Below, piece by piece: positions 14,954-16,118 of a stretch of 16,118 bases of DNA. The stretch lies in IMG/VR virus record IMGVR_UViG_3300029458_000026; one strand, 5' to 3'. Position numbers and translations under genes: made by a program. Every line of letters begins with the position of its first letter. The first letter of the stretch is position 1. The notes under the pieces were generated by a model. That model had not been told where the DNA came from, searched no databases, and saw nothing but the letters and a program-made list of their open reading frames with translations. The stretch comes from a virus.

Positions 14954-15564
14954 AAAAAATATTAATTTTATTATTAGTTATAACTTTAGGAGTAAGTAGT
15001 CAAGGAAGAATTGTATCAAGACCAACTGTAAGAAGTGTAAGTAGAGTGAGAGTATCTACTCCAAAACCTCGTGTAAGTACTTTTAAAGCATCTACTCCTA
15101 GTAGAAGTAGTTCAGCTACATTTAAAAGTACAAGCCCTAGTAAAGCTAAAATAACAAGTGTCAAACCTATTTCAAACACCACTTCTACTACTAAAAAAAG
15201 TAGTTTTTTTACAACATCACAACCATCAAAACCTAAAATAGAGCCTAAAAGTACTGTTAGTAGTTTAAATAGTTCAGAAAGTAAAGCTACAAATACTGTT
15301 ATTTATAGAGATAGTGATAATAATAATTTTTGGAATAATTTATTTTTTTATAATATGTTATTTAATAGAAGCAATAAAACAACTACACCAGCAGCTATTC
15401 CAGTAAAAAATGAGAAAAATTTAACTTCAGACCAAGAGCTAATAAAAGCTTTAGAACAAAAACTTAATAAAGTTAAAATTGAAAAGACAGGAACAATAGA
15501 ACTAATGAGAAGCTTAGAAAAAACTATTGAATTATTAAAAAATAATTTGAGTCTTTCAAAATAA
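14950..15564 (+). CDS. Secreted Ser/Thr/Arg/Pro-rich low-complexity protein
   Basis: Signal peptide MKKILILLLVITLGVSSQG; basic Ser/Thr-rich region; NNNFWNNLFFYNMLF segment; C-terminal coiled coil. Last gene before the terminator. Confidence 0.65.
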   Translation: MKKILILLLVITLGVSSQGRIVSRPTVRSVSRVRVSTPKPRVSTFKASTPSRSSSATFKSTSPSKAKITSVKPISNTTSTTKKSSFFTTSQPSKPKIEPKSTVSSLNSSESKATNTVIYRDSDNNNFWNNLFFYNMLFNRSNKTTTPAAIPVKNEKNLTSDQELIKALEQKLNKVKIEKTGTIELMRSLEKTIELLKNNLSLSK

Positions 15565-15590
15565 AAAATAGGGATATTTCCCTATTTTTT
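15564..15590. terminator. Bidirectional intrinsic terminator between the + operon and the minus-strand gene
   Basis: AAAAATAGGGA-TATT-TCCCTATTTTT: perfect 11-bp stem, A/T tracts on both sides. Confidence 0.85.
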
Positions 15591-15806
15591 ATTTCTATAG
15601 CTTTTACATAACTCTAAAATAGCTTTAGAGGTAGTTTTATATTTTACTTTCAATTCCTCTAAAACAGAATTAATAATCTCATATTCTTCTGGTGTATATT
15701 TATATCCTAAAATTTTTTCTGTTTTATTTTTTATTTTAGGATTCTTAATATCAGGTGAATATCCTTTTTTTCTACCTCTAGTTTCTACTTTTTTTATTTC
15801 TTCCAT
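15582..15806 (-). CDS. Small basic putative DNA-binding protein (RHH-like)
   Basis: MEEIKKVETRGRKKGYSP... then YTPEEYEIINSVLEELKVKYKTTSKAILELC; SD aaggtga upstream of ATG on the minus strand. Confidence 0.6.
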   Translation of the reverse strand: MEEIKKVETRGRKKGYSPDIKNPKIKNKTEKILGYKYTPEEYEIINSVLEELKVKYKTTSKAILELCKSYRNKK

Positions 15807-15815
15807 TAGCTCACC

Positions 15816-15844
15816 TTGACTTTTAATAGAAATAATGATAAAAT
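15816..15844 (+). promoter_or_regulatory. Sigma-70-like promoter for a short antisense RNA
   Basis: TTGACT (15816-15821), 17-nt spacer, TAAAAT (15839-15844). Confidence 0.5.
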
Positions 15845-15850
15845 TAAATT

Positions 15851-15910
15851 AAGAAAATCAAGCACGTTTTAAAAGGGATTAATCATTATTTGATTAGTCC
15901 TTTTTATTTT
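15851..15910 (+). ncRNA. Predicted ~60-nt small RNA, antisense to the 3' end of the 29-aa minus ORF transcript
   Basis: Starts about 7 nt after the -10 element and ends at a hairpin with a long T-run; no coding potential seen. Confidence 0.35.
15871..15909. terminator. Intrinsic terminator, likely shared by convergent transcripts
   Basis: AAAAGGgatTAATCA-TTATT-TGATTAgtCCTTTT, followed on + by TATTTTTTCCTTTTTT and on minus by a shorter T4. Confidence 0.65.
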
Positions 15911-15993
15911 TTCCTTTTTTGAATAAAATCAATAATTATACATATAAAAGCTATTACTCCTGTGATTTTAACTAATAAATCTAACCATTCCAT
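15904..15993 (-). CDS. 29-aa hydrophobic peptide, candidate type I toxin-like microprotein
   Basis: Minus strand translation MEWLDLLVKITGVIAFICIIIDFIQKRKK*; consensus SD AGGAGG 7 nt upstream of ATG; absent from the supplied ORF track because it is too short. Confidence 0.6.
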   Translation of the reverse strand: MEWLDLLVKITGVIAFICIIIDFIQKRKK

Positions 15994-16025
15994 TGTAACA
16001 CCTCCTACATTTTATAAATAATTAA

Positions 16026-16050
16026 GGGAGAGGGTGGGAGGAGCTCTCCC
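16026..16050. repeat. G/C-rich inverted repeat in the leader of the 29-aa ORF
   Basis: GGGAGAG (16026-16032) pairs with CTCTCCC (16044-16050); alternative GGGAG-GAGCT-CTCCC is nested. Confidence 0.55.
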
Positions 16051-16118
16051 TCCCTTGTAGCTTACTTTCTCTTTTTTATAAACTTATATATTATTATAAG
16101 ATTTATAATTAATTGAGA

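Noticed and set aside
15000-15182. Minus-strand Leu/Val-rich ORF
   Set aside because: Antisense to the Ser/Thr-rich secreted protein; repetitive composition explains it.
1-16118. CRISPR array, transposase/IS, retron or diversity-generating retroelement
   Set aside because: No regularly spaced direct repeats of CRISPR size, no transposase, integrase or reverse-transcriptase-like ORF in the window.

Overview
AT-rich window that reads as the early/replication and accessory region of a bacteriophage or prophage. The host looks like a low-GC bacterium of Fusobacterium or Clostridium type; that is inferred from composition only. About 36 tightly packed + strand genes run from a replication-initiator-like HTH protein and a T7 gp4-like primase-helicase through a sigma-region-4-like protein, RHH-like protein, RusA-like resolvase, SpoVG, a phage SPFH/HflC-like protein, dUTPase, DUF3310, PAPS-reductase-like protein, a PD-(D/E)XK-like nuclease, an ASCH protein and a secreted Ser/Thr-rich protein. 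The operon ends at a perfect bidirectional terminator near 15564-15590. No structural or packaging genes are visible. The most interesting non-annotated signals are: (1) a putative type I toxin-antitoxin-like cassette at 15816-16050, comprising a 29-aa hydrophobic minus-strand ORF with a strong SD, a convergent + strand promoter and ~60-nt antisense RNA, a shared terminator and a G/C-rich 5' leader hairpin; (2) a structured RNA zone at about 7405-7630 holding a 59-nt fully paired miniature tRNA-like fold and a 70-nt tRNA-like fold with a non-canonical anticodon loop; (3) a structured, possibly pseudoknotted, switch-like leader at about 10545-10767 before the PAPS-reductase-like gene; (4) a structured leader with a terminator-like hairpin at 4288-4402 before an RHH-like gene. 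Everything here is from reading the sequence; no database search or folding computation was run.
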